From: Azolla caroliniana
Lineage: Eukaryota; Plantae; Polypodiophyta
Reading direction: 5' to 3'
DNA: 64,000 bases
NCBI GenBank assembly: GCA_043228905.1
Contig: JBHGNT010000002.1
Span: 20,150,001 to 20,214,000, forward strand
The first letter of the stretch is position 1, and the number at the start of each line of letters is the position of its first letter. Below the pieces are notes generated by a model, which did no database searches, had not been told where the DNA came from, and saw nothing but the letters and a program-made list of their open reading frames with translations. The translations under genes and the position numbers were made by a program. Below are positions 42,501 to 55,405 of the stretch, piece after piece.

Positions 42501-43757
42501 TGTACAAAATCTTCTTAAGAATCAGTAACTTCAATGACCTATATCATACATAATCCCATGTTCAGCATTGGTGGTAATTTTGGCCTTTATCATATAACCC
42601 ATTTTTCAATTTCGCCGAACCTTGAGCTTTAGCATACATAATTTATACTAAAAACCAGTCATTTTGAGTTTTATCGTAAACTCAATCAAAACTTAAAGCT
42701 TACTAAATGTGATCTATGTTCAGAATTGGTGGTAATTTTGGGCATTATCATGCATAATTTACACTTAGAATCAGCAATGTCATGTCTTAACATGTTAAAA
42801 AATCTATTGTTCAGAGAATCTTCAAGATTAAAATGCATTGCCCGTATCCAGAATCAATGGCAACTTGGTGCTTTATGTACACTGAAAATTTATAGTTGAG
42901 AATCAGGATCTTCAAAATTGATCTAACATGGCCTACACACAGAATCAATCGTACTTCGAGCTTTATCATACATATGTTCACAAGTGGTAACTTGGAGCTT
43001 CATCGTACGCTACCTATATCCAGAATCAGGATCTTAAGAATGATCTAACATGGCCTACACACAGAATCGATCATAGTTTGAGCATTATCACACATATGTT
43101 CACAAGTGGTAACTTGGAGCTTCATCGTATGCTACCTATATCCAGAATCAGGATCTTCATGATTGATCTAACATGGCCTACACACAGAATCAATCATACT
43201 TCGAGCTTTATCACACATATGTTCACAAGTGGTAACCTGGAGCTTCATTGTACGCTACCTATATCCAGAATTGGTAACTTCAAGCTTTATCAAGAATCAT
43301 CTATTTTGAGGATTGGGAGCTTGAAGTTCTATCATACATAACCTGTGTTCCAAATCCTAACTTCGATCTAGCTTCATTATACATAATTTACAGTTGGAAT
43401 CAGTAAATTCATAATCTGTGCTCAGCAACTATGAACTTTATTATACATAAATTTTACATTCTAATTTGCTAACCAATAATCAATATATCTGTTTTTAATA
43501 CAAAGGACTGCTATTCAAAATAATGTACAACATCCATGTTCAGAATCATACATAACCTAGGTTGAGAACCATACATATCATACATGAATTATTCACATAC
43601 CAGGTAAATCCCAAGGCTCAAACTTGTATAAATCGACATCTCCAATGGCATCGAATTCTATTTTGCGTCCCCCGACCTTTCTTTTCAAGTAGTAACTCAC
43701 AAGTTCTTCATCAGTCGGATGAAACCTAAATCCAGGTGGAAGAGAAAGCTTTCCCAT
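39597..43757 (-). CDS. Membrane-tethered NAC transcription factor (NTL; ANAC017/ANAC053-078-like), 6 exons, ~676 aa
   Basis: Exons 43757-43601, 42390-42113, 41864-41547, 41042-40590, 40500-40464, 40384-39597 join in frame. Motifs [57 protein letters not shown], and a C-terminal hydrophobic helix [21 protein letters not shown]. Confidence 0.92.
42895..43275. repeat. ~121-bp tandem repeat x3 in NAC intron 1
   Basis: agaatcaggatctt...tgatctaacatggcctacacacagaatc...catatgttcacaagtggtaac repeats at ~42899, 43022 and 43144. Confidence 0.88.
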
Positions 43758-45965
43758 GTGTATAAACCACCACCACAGCACATACAAAAAAACCTGCCTT
43801 TTTTATGTGTGACCGCGCCACAAAATGGTATTTCAAAAGAGAACGTTTAATTCTTCTTGGAAAATAAATAGAGGAAACTTTTAGTAAACGCTCCTTCTTC
43901 CTCTTCTTCTTGCAGTTACCGATGAATCATGCCCCGCTTCCGCCTCCTAAATTTTTGCATGAGAAAATACTTCGAGAAATCATTAGAAACACAAGTGGGA
44001 TAACTAGTGCATTCATTCTTCAACTCTTCTGGCATTTGCAAATTATGAAGGAGGGCTTTTCAGTGCTTGGTCGAATCTGAAACATATAAAATAGTGGGTT
44101 TTCCATTCATAAAAGGGATCCAATAGTATAACCTGAAGGAAATAACAATAACAGAGCGTTTGAAAGGAAAATTTCAAGAAAATGGGACTTCACTTTGCCC
44201 CAGAAATAAATCAGTTGTATGAATTCTAGAGGAAATAACATATACTCTTTGTAAGCATAAAAACATCGAGAATTAAAAGCTTAGTCTTTCCCGAATTTCA
44301 TGTGAAACTTTGTCCCTTTACTTTAATACCTAAAATTCATATGAAATTTTCGGTATTTGTAAAGTATTACTAGACCTTTGAAAAGGAAAACAAAACTATA
44401 GAAGTTTCAGTTAGACACATACAGAAACAGAGCTTTAAATGGAAATTCCCACACATGAACATATAAAAATTACTTTCACAAGTAAGTGGCATTAAATTCT
44501 GAGAGGTAAGACAAACAAAAGAGAAACCCTAAACACTTCTAGGGAAAAAAAAAAAAGAGGCATGCTACATAAACGCAGAACATAAATTTAGAGACAAAAA
44601 TGCATGCATATAGAGGAGGTGATGATTACCTGATACGTCGACCGGCAAAGAAGCGGGTCCTGCGTTTCTCTTCTCCAAGCTCTGAGCCAGGAGAAGAGAG
44701 ATGTAAACAAAACAAAACAAAACAAAACAAAAAAAGCATACACACGGAGGAGAAGCCATGGCTTTGAAGGAGACCTTCCTTCCTTTCTTTTGGGCTGCTT
44801 TTTACATCTGTCCGGACACAACACAACCCATCCATCCATCACAACAAAAATCCAACCTTTCCGACTCATGATTCTGTCTGTGGGTCGTAGATTGTTTGAT
44901 ATAATAAGTGAAAACATCACAGGGTAACAAGCTTTTCAAGGATGAGATTCCTTTCCAAGCTTCGCTTCACAATCGATCTGCATAACCTTGACTCGCCATG
45001 CATCCATCCAGAGCTGGAAAAAGTCGAGACGTCTTCAGTTGCTCACATTACTGACAATTTCCATTGGTTGGTAGGGGTTGGATAGTTTCCATTGGCTGGT
45101 AGGGGTGGGATGGTGTGTGTGTGTGTCGAAAATCATGGCATGAAGAGATAACAGAAATCATGATTGGGATTTGGACCAATATTGAGCAGCGCCTTTTGGA
45201 AATGCCTCTAGTTGTGGCTCTGCGGCTTAACCAAACATGTGTCAACAAAGATAACTTCGAAAGGTTTATGTTGCTCATTTTGTTGATAGATTGGTAGTAA
45301 AAAAAACACTATGAATTGTAAAGGTTAGCATTTGAATGACACTTTTAAACACCTTAACCTTGACATAACATTTTTCTAAACTAGACATGTGCCATAGGCA
45401 AGAAAGCCAGAAGGTTTTTGTTGCTCATGCATCCACATATACATTCCTCAGTAGAGAGAAAATTAGAGCATAAAAACTTTACCAATGAGAGAATGGAGAT
45501 AACACTTTTCAACAGAGTCGAATCGTGATTTCACCGCTTAACTAAGCTAGATTAGGCACGTGCCATGAGCAAGAATGACCATAATGTGTTTGTATTGATT
45601 ATTTCCATCCACTCATCAAAGAAAAGTCAAGAAAATAAAAAATGATTGTAAAGTCTAACATTAGTTGTTGTTGAGACTCAAACTCAACTTCCGTAGTGTG
45701 GGAACACACCTTAGGTATAATACCCAAGTGTATGAACATCCTACCTGTATCATAACTAATGTGTCATAGAAGTTAATTCCTATGACACATATTTAGTAGG
45801 TAGTTAAGTCTCCACCTCTTTCTCAAGAGGTGGTGGTAGTAAAAGAACGTAGAAAGAAGGTGATTATATAAGCACATTCTCCTCCTCCTTCGTAATGGTT
45901 GGTTCATCTTGCACCTTGTTAATACAATTTTCTTGATTTTTTGTATACCTTGTGATCTCTCTCTC

Positions 45966-45998
<33 letters not shown>

Positions 45999-47097
45999 GA
46001 TCACTTCTGCTGCACAGAATCACACCCGATTCTTTACGGTTGTCACGAGCCACTTTCAAAATGTATGGTGAATAAATCCGCAACCATAATGGAAGCCCAA
46101 GGATGATATATGACTATAATTGGCTCTTTACCTAATATTGTAATACCTCAGTGCTTTGAACTATAGAAGTTCTAGAATGTGTCTTGCATAATTGAAATTT
46201 CCCCATAATTAATGTAAGTTAACACTTCACTAGTTATTTATTTTAAAGGGTATCATTATCATTTTCACTCCTGTGTTGTGCAATGTGGAAGAAACAACAT
46301 CAATGTTATAAAGGCATTTCATTATTTCTACTTAGAATGATAGCTCATTGTGTTTGTGAGAAAGTATGTATGTATGTGCATGACATGAAAGTAAAATTGT
46401 AAAGCGTATTCTTAAATAATGAAAACGTCGAACTCATTAATCGAGATGTCAACCTCAAAACCTTAAAGAAAAGCAAACCACAAGATTTCTTACTACACCT
46501 TGCCGTAATGTTACTAAATTTTATATTCAACGAGATAACCTCGTCTTTATAAGCATGCCTTTGTTGGAAACTACCTATGCTTTTCATATTGTGTTGTCGA
46601 CAGTAAAAATCTTTGTTGTGCATGACAATTTCGAACATGTAGACAAATTATGGCATTTGTATATTTGTTACAACCAAAAGTTGAATATTTTGTGTGGAAA
46701 TTTTATAAATAATTATAATTTATAATGTAAAGGAAAGAGATGGTGTATGACTGTAATAGTGGCTCATTGAGGAATAAGTGACTTTGTTTCACTAACCAAC
46801 CTCAATTCCTTCAATTTGGCCCATAAGTATGGGTCATGGGATATATTCATTTGATGAGTGTGTGACATGAGAGTTTCTTAATTTGAGACACGAGCATTTT
46901 TGTACATTTACAAGATCTTGTCCAACATTGTTAAGGATTTACCTCCATGACTAAATGCATGAACCATTTAAGACTGTCTTGTGCCCTTCCATGACCCATC
47001 ACATATCCCACCCATGACATACCCATGGGCCATACCTATGACTATCATATATTTTTCAATTCCATGTGCAACCATGAATATTAGAGATATGCCCTAA

Positions 47098-47539
47098 TGT
47101 AAGCATATGACAAGGATAAAAGAATGATAGATAGATAGATAGAAAGGAGAGAGAGAAAGAAGGCTGTCGATCCACCCGCCCACCCCCGAGTGAAGGGATC
47201 GAGACGGACTCGAGCCTCGATCGGCGTCCCATACCACCGCCGTGGCGTCGAGTTGTACCTGGTGCTAGCGCGCTCGCTACAAGAGTTGACCCACCACAAG
47301 AATAGAGTCTCGACATAGTCAAAAGATGATGAAATGAGGGTAGTTAGGCGACTTATTTATAACGATACCCAAGGTCCCCAGGCAAGTCCACACTTGGCCT
47401 AATGGGTTGTCTCAATCCCGAGGATTAAAAGTAATCCTCCCCTTCTTTACACTCTCATTTAACCCTCACACTTATCCACGTGTACATAATACTACGGTAA
47501 ATTCTCACCACGGGATATTATATGGTCATGCCCGTAACA
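47098..47539 (-). mobile_element. Probable solo LTR
   Basis: TG...CA ends, GC-rich core, homologous to 2203-2581; no matching TSD found. Confidence 0.5.
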
Positions 47540-49469
47540 ATGAATCCTCCTAACCACACAATTGTCTTTTCAATTCCTTTATACATCCATGATAAATCAT
47601 GTTTAGCAATGCATTAAAAAAAAGTGGCTATGAAAACAACTTCTTAATCTAAAAAAACTCACGTTTACTTATAAGAGAAATGGTTTAGAAGTGGAATGCA
47701 TTGTACTGCTTTGTAACGCATCAATTGATTCCTTAGTGAATCAAGCTTTTTTGTAACACCAACATAACATAACTAAGGAGAGATGTTGAGGCTTCCATTT
47801 AATGTATTCATATTATACATATAATAGCAATCTACAATCCACTCTCACCCTTTGTTAGAGCCCATCTCTTTGTTTGTCATTCATATGATTGGTTCCATAC
47901 AACTAAGTTCACATTCTCTTCTATGTGAGGCAAAGTGTTGGGGCATATTTGAGGACAATTATCGACTATGCATATTTTGCCCTAAAAACAAGTGTTGGAG
48001 TATCACACTTTCAACTCAATACTTCACCTTCAATTACATTTGAGTAGGTTCTCCATCCATTGTCAATCTAGCTACACACATTCCTCTCGCGATCACAAAG
48101 TGCACTCTTGTTTGCAAAGTTTAGCATTAAATATTACAAGTGTAACAACATGCAAAATGAACCTTGAGTTTAGCAAGTGTGGGTTTGTTCATAAGGAATG
48201 AAAATGCAAGGGTTGAGTTATTCTCAATCCTATGAGGGGAGATAACATTTGTGTTTCATCATTTGACCACTTCGAATAGAATAGTCAAGTGTGAAACAAA
48301 CAAGGCCCTTATGTTTGAACTTGCGAAAGAAGGCTACCCAAATTAATGAAGGGGAGAGTTATTACATAGAGACTCTTACAATGTGGCAAAACTCTAGCTA
48401 CATACATGTGTTCATCCTTTAAATCCAAGGTACAATCCATATTCGAACTCAATGGTATGGACTTGGATCTAACTCTCATTTTCGCTACAGGGTGGTCTCT
48501 AACACAATTTCTTCTTGTTTTCTGCTTTTGTTTGCTTAATGTTAAAAAACATTCTTAAAGTAATATTCTGGAACATCAAGATCACTAGTAAAGTCTATAC
48601 TCTTATGTAAAATGATTTGTCCCACAGGTCATATTTGACCCTAAAACAATATAATATTCTCTCCCTCTCTCATTCTAAAATACCAAGATGCTAAAATGTC
48701 AAAAGGGAATATTACATTGCAAATGTTAACCCCCAATGTTGCCCCCCATACAAGGTAAAAATGTTAGAATGTATCCAACCACAACTCACTACCCCCACGG
48801 GCCTTAACCCTTTTTAGAACTCACTCACATAGGTTAGGTGTTGAGGTAACATCATGGCATCATCAGTCTAGTATGAAGATATTCAAGGTATGCAATGAAA
48901 GCATAGTGGGGGATGAATATTGTTTTTCACGTGCTTAATGTATAAGATAATTTGCGAGAAGTATGATGACTTATAAGACATACATGATAATTTAAGTGTC
49001 ATATTCAAATTCCCACTAAGAAGGGTGAGCATATATGTGCATGCATTATTTTCAAAGAGAGGGTTTTTAATGCATAATAATAACTCCCTTCGTAGTAAGG
49101 AGTCACATATGTATAGGATGATATATTTATTTGGTTTCATGAGTCAAATTTGGCCTCCTCATAGTTATTTTATTTTATTCTATATGTAGTGGTTGAACCC
49201 ATGACGTCTTGGTCTCCATTGGGCAACTTCTCTTTTTATCGTAATTAGCTTACCTTACTAGTAAGTTGTTACACTACAAACACTACGTCTTGAGTTCGAA
49301 ACCTAATTTTCACCCCTCTCTATTATATATACTTTATACATATCTATTAATTCACTAGATGCCATTGTAGAATGTAGGGGTTGAACACACAATCTCTTGA
49401 TCTCCATTGGGCAACCTTACCACCTCTCCCTCCCTCCCTCTCATATTTCTCGAGTCCTATGGTACCTTG

Positions 49470-50150
49470 CGAGCATCTTTAGAGGCGAATGGAAGAACTC
49501 AAGGTGCCAAGTGAATATATGCTTGCAATTTCCCGAATATATTAGAAAGGTATAGGTTGTGTGCGTATGAGCGATTGACATTCAAAATTTTTCAATAGCA
49601 CTATTGGTATTAAGCAGGTATGTCCACTCTCACCAACACCATTTGGTCTATGCATTGATGAATTGGAAGAAATTGTTGCCAATTTTGTAAAGGAAGAATG
49701 TGTTGAAGAAGTTTTCATTGGGAATGTTGTCATTATGTTTTTGCTATATCCGGATGATGTAGTGCTTTTTTGCAAATACTTTAGGAGATGCACAAAAGCT
49801 TATCACGACATTGGAAAAAATTGCATGCATACTAAATTAAGTGTCAATAGCTCTAAAACAAAGATTATGCTTGTGAAGAGCCAAAAAAGAGATAAACCAT
49901 GCATTATGTACAATAGAGCCACTTAAATGTGTGGAAAGCTTCAAATATTTTGGCCCTGAAGTTCCTTCAAATCATAGATGGAATGAAAGTGCTACACACC
50001 GCTTAGAGGCGGGTAAGCGAGCATATTATGCATTTGAGAACACATGCAATCATGGAGATATTAAGTGTAGGATCCTCAAGAAATACCTTTTTGACACTTT
50101 GGTGACACCGGTGCTTCGCTATGGGGTGGAAGTATGGAGGGGTAGCATCC
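49470..50150 (+). pseudogene. LINE reverse transcriptase remnant
   Basis: GIKQVCPLSPT.F, LLYPDDVV (YADD-like), VNSSKTKIM, SFKYFG, LFDTLVTPVLRYG; frameshifted. Confidence 0.7.
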
Positions 50151-50192
50151 TAAAAGAAACAAATGCCCTACACCCTCCTCCTCCTTAAGACG

Positions 50193-50829
50193 TGTTGCAA
50201 ATAGCGCTCGACCACAACCAAGTTGTAATCACTCAATGGAAGAAAATAGAAGTAAAGTAAGGATGGATGCACTTACACAGTTTGACAAAACGAAACATGA
50301 TATTAAGGTGGAAACCCTAATTGGGGGAAAACCACGGGAGTTCATTGAACTCCGAACAATATCACTATGAGGAGAGGTATTACAATGTGAGATTCTGAGG
50401 CAATGACCTTGAGCTTTGTGACCTCGCTACCACGCGATTACAACAGACTTTCTTTCTCTGTCTCTCTCTCTGTACAACACACGCGACTTCAACAACAACT
50501 ACTACCACTACAAGAACAATGTCGCCCTAGATATATTTATACATATATAAGTTTTGGGGTTATTTACAAATATGACCATCCGGATACCTTCTGGATCCAT
50601 CTGATCCAGTTCCTTCCTTCGTCTCGTCCGGTTCTCAACCGGATCCCATCTGGAGGAACCAGTTTCCCAACAAACTCCCCCTTCACGCCAACATGGGATG
50701 TCTTACCAATCCGATCCCTTTCCGGCACGCGTCTAGTTGGTCAGCTGTCATCATGTTCGACCCGTCCGTGTGGATCTTCGTCAACAAAAAAATATTTGTC
50801 TTCTACCTTCTCCTAGAGCCAGTGGTATC
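50193..50829 (-). mobile_element. Copia 3' LTR + PPT + RNase H tail (truncated)
   Basis: LTR 50193-50672 with TG/CA ends; aactccccc PPT complement; reverse strand is homologous to 11580-11752. Confidence 0.75.
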
Positions 50830-52672
50830 TGTTGGGAAACATGTCCCTCCTGATGGGAAGAGAAGGATCGTGTTGGTGAGTATCTAGGCTGAGGCCGAAA
50901 CCGAAATCGTTTCGGAAGACTATAATTGTAAATAGTCAAAAATGCCACCTGGGGGCTATACTTGTAAATAGCTAGAAAGTTGCTTTGGTTTATAAGCAAC
51001 TAGGGCAAACCTTATAGCTAGAGTTAGTGATCATTATTGAAAAGTTAGAATGAGACCATAGTTGCCTTTGTAACCGTGAGGGAGAGAGTGAGAGTGTGTA
51101 ACTCTGTAATCGTCTGTCAGACAAAGGAGAACTTGACGTCGTTGCCTCCAGGTTCTGTATTTGTACTTCCTCTCTACTATAGTGATATGTTTTCTTGAGG
51201 TTTGTGGACCCCCGTGGTTTTTCCCATTTCAGGTTTTTTCACGTAAAATATCGGTCTCTACGTCTTCACGTTTTTTCTTGTCTGTATACTAGTTCTTGGT
51301 TTCTGCACACGAATATGAATGTGAAACCGGTTGTGGCCAGTCGATTCCTAACAAAGTGGTATCAGCGCGATGGAAGACTCATTCGGTGACATGTTTATGC
51401 TAATCGGCTCCAACTACTCAATGTGGAAGTCGAAGATGAGAGACATGCTCGTGTGCAAAGACCTCTGGTTGCCGGTGCAGTTCGGAGATAAAAGACCAGA
51501 CAATATTGATGTAGCGATGTGGGAAGTGTTGCATCTGAAGGCGGCCATACATAAGGTGTTTTATAGGCATGAGTCTATACAACAACTTCGGCGAAGAAAC
51601 AAAAGCAGACGTCCTATGGAAGAAGATCGACGTCATGTTCGAAAACAAGAATGTCGCGAACCGAGTCTCAATATTTCAAAAAACATTAGGCTCCGGTATC
51701 AGGATGACTCTAGTATGGCGGAGCACATCAATGCCTTCTAAGGATTGATGAACCAAACCACCTCTCTAGAAGTACCTTTGGCCGATGAGGTATTAACATT
51801 ACTGTTGTTGGGATCCCTTGCGAACAACTGGGAGACGCTCATTGTCACTTTGGACAACGCCAGGCCGGAAGGGAAGCATCCATCCTTAGAGCAAGTGAAG
51901 TCGAGCTTGTTGAATGAAGAAGCTCACCGGAAGGATCGTGAGTCCAATACCGACTAGAAGGCTTTAGTCATGGAAGGTGACACGATTCGGGGAAGAGGCT
52001 GAAATCAAAGTCCCCAAAACCGAGATAAGCTGGGGACCAGGTTGAAGTCGAGGGGGAGACCCATGTGCTTCTATTGTGGGAAGCCGGGGCACTTCTAGAA
52101 AAACTATCGACACTTCGAAAGGAGAAAGGGAGATCTGATGGTGTAGAGACGAAGAAAATCCCGGACAGAAAGAACATTGCAACAATCGCCACAAGTGAGG
52201 AGGAGTTGTTGCTCATCAGTGAGCAAAACGAAGTGAATCTCGCCGGTGAAGAATTGACATGGGTGGTCGATTCGGGTGTGTCATTCCACCTAACCCTTGA
52301 CCGAAAGTGCTTCTCATCCTATAGAGCCGGAGATCTTGGATCCGTAAAGATAGGAAATGAAGGAGCATGCCGAATCGTCTGCATTGGAGATGTGTGTTTG
52401 GAAACCTCAATCGGGTGCAAACTCATGTTGAGAGATGCATGACACGTTTTGGAGGTTCGATTGAACCTAATATCAACCGGTTTGCTAGATGATGAAGGCT
52501 ACACAGGTAGCATCCGAAACGATGTCATGAAGTTCTATCGAGGAAGTTTGATTGTGGCTTGAGCTCGAAAGACCAACACACTGTACATAATGAATGCTCG
52601 AATATGCCAAGGGGAAGTAAACGTGGCAGCCGACACAGTCAATGAACTGTGGCACAAGAGGTTGTGCCATAT
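50830..52672 (+). mobile_element. Truncated copia element (5' LTR 50830-51353, PBS, degenerate gag-protease), same family as 6926
   Basis: TGTTGG...CTAACA, PBS TGGTATCAG, gag MEDSFG..GSNYSMWKSKMRDML, WVVDSG; several stops. Confidence 0.88.
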
Positions 52673-52901
52673 GATACACACCATACACATTGATACATGT
52701 TAGAGCCCATCTTGTTGTTTGCCATTTGAACCACTCCTTCAATGTGACTTAGCTCACATGCATTGCGATGTGAGACAGGGCATTGGGGCACAAGTGATGA
52801 GAGTTATTGGCTATGCACACTTTGCCCTAAACAAGTTTGAGAGTCTGAGTATCACACTTTGATACAATGCTCTGCCTTTGATCATATTCGACCATGCTTT
52901 C

Positions 52902-55049
52902 TGTTGAGTAGCAAGTTGGGGGCAAGCTCAACCGGATCCGGATTGGCATCCGGAAGGATGAGCCGGATTGGTGAACTGGTTAGCCAGATCCATCAGTAAC
53001 CGGAAGCCTAGTAGCAGCCTAGGAAGCTAATGTCTCATAGTTAGTGTCAGACGCTTGTGTGAGCATTGAAGTACACCGTACTTTTGTCAGTCCGTATGGA
53101 CTTGTATAAAAGTGTTCACTGAACACATACGATGTACAAGATTGAGTATTATTTTTGAATTGATTTTTTGTGTGCTCTCTCTGTCTCTCTGTCTCTCTGT
53201 CTCTCCCGTGTACTGTGTATATTCTAAGCTTTCCATTAAACCCGCGTTTCTGTGTTCGGTTTTCTATTGCGTCCGCACAACGTATTCTTTTACATGGTAT
53301 CAGAGCGCGAGGGTTGAGAACCTCTGCAGCTGACATTGCTTGAAAAGAAAACCAACCAAGAAGAATAGGTAAAAATTGATGGATAGAGGCATGGCTAGCT
53401 CGCTTCCGACGGAGAAGCTTGACAGAAACAACTATGCATCCTGGTCCTACAAGATGCACTAGTACCTGCTCAGGCACGGTTACTAGAGCTATGTCGATGG
53501 AGCAAATGACACAACACCCGAATCGACACACAGAGAATTCCTAGTGTGGGAACAATCGGCGAGCAGAGTACTCTACTGCTTCGCGTCTTGTGTGGGCGAA
53601 CAACTCCTAAGCTACATTCGGGATGCAAAAATGCCAAAAGATGCTCGGGGAAATCTGAAGAAGATTTTTGCCGCAAGCACTATAGCCAGGAAGCTTCAAC
53701 TCTGACAGGAGCTGAGCAACCTACGACAACGCGACTTGTCGGTGGCAGACTACACCTCGAAAATCAAGGACATTTGCGACTCATTGGCCTCCATCGATGC
53801 GAATATCGAAGAAGCTGATATGGTGCAAATTTGTCTCGGAGGTTTGGCGTCAAAGTTCGGAGCGTTCCGAAATGCTATGTGTACAAGGGAGAATACGCCG
53901 TCATTTTTTGACTTACAGTCGATACTCCTTGTAGAAGAGAACCACGCCGGTGCGTCAACAAGTGCACCCACTGACAGCCGGATGTTGTACACGGAGGCAG
54001 ATCAGCCCCGTGGGTGTGGTGGACGAGGCGGGTCGGCCCACAATGGTAGTGGCCGGCAAGAGCAGGACCGAAGGCATAGAGAATGTGTCGACAACAGTTC
54101 TGAACCCTCCACAAGCAGGGGGAGTCAAGGCGGCGCCGAAGGTCGGCAAGCAAAGGCCGACACGGAATGTTGGTACTGTGGTAAAAAGGGCCATAGAGAA
54201 AGCGAGTGCTCGAAGAAGCGCGCCGATTCAGACAGATCCGGATCCGGCAAGGTCGATAGAGAGAACCAACAATACTCGCACTACGCAAAAGGATCGGGAG
54301 GATCCAAAACTGGAAAAGTCGGTAAAGGGCCAGGCTAGCCTTGGTGATGAAACACGAGGCTAACTCGATGAAGAAGACCACTTCCGAATCGAAGGAAGTG
54401 TGGTACATTGATTCCGGTGCGTCGAATCACATGATGAGCCACAAAGAGTGGTTCTCTTTCTTGGAGAAACCGGAACAACTAGGAGTTGTCGAAACCGGAG
54501 ACGACACTCCACACCCAATCGTGCATGTCGGAGAAGTCCCTTTGAGCCACGTCAGACAGATTGTCGACCAAGGGGAAGCTAATGAACGTATTACACGTTC
54601 CGACCATCACGAAGAACCTGGTGTCGGTTGGACAGATTGTCGACCAGGGGATGCAGGTGCGGTTTACGCACTTCGAGTGCTTCATCGAGGAAGAGGGCCA
54701 AATCATTGCGCAAGGGTGCAAAGACGGGAGGATCTCTATCCTCTACACCAATGATGTCGGCACCGCTTTGTTCGCCAAAGGACAGAAGATTGAATCAAAT
54801 ATCGATCTCTAGCACAAGCGGATTGGCCATGTCAATTACCGGAGGCTTCAAGACCTGCAAACCAAACAAGTTGTTTTCAGTTTGCCGAAGTTCAGTCGCC
54901 GGAAGGCCCAAATATGTGAAGCCTGCCAACTCGGGAAGCAACGTCGTCTTCCATTCCCCACTGAACAAAACCGTAGTTGTAACAAGCTCGACCTTATTCA
55001 TTCGGATGTATGGGGACCAACACAGAATGTTAGTCTTGGCGGGAGTCAA
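52902..55049 (+). mobile_element. Copia element of a second family (5' LTR 52902-53294, PBS, gag-protease-integrase), interrupted by the DNA transposon
   Basis: PBS TGGTATCAGAGC at 53295; CWYCGKKGH knuckle, WYIDSGAS, CEACQLGKQ, IHSDVWGP. The integrase frame breaks exactly at the TIR at 55050. Confidence 0.9.
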
Positions 55050-55405
55050 CACGTTCGCGTTCACAAGTGGAAGGATCGCGCATAAATGGAAGGATAAGGG
55101 AAATTTTAGGGGTTTTTCAATGATTTTACAAAACACATTGATACCAGTATCATACAAGTTCAAACATACTATGAAAAAGGTTAAAAATCCACTATTTTCG
55201 TGATTTAGAAGTAACTAAAAAAAGACGAATTTCAAAAACATACATTCTCAATTTATATCACAAACTTTACAACCAATGTTATTTTATAAGAAACGATTTT
55301 TTAGAAATCATAAGAATTCAAAACACATGATTTTATATTACTCGATTTGTTACAAGCGGAATGTAGTTACACTTAATAGCCAAATATACATTCATGATCA
55401 CTCCT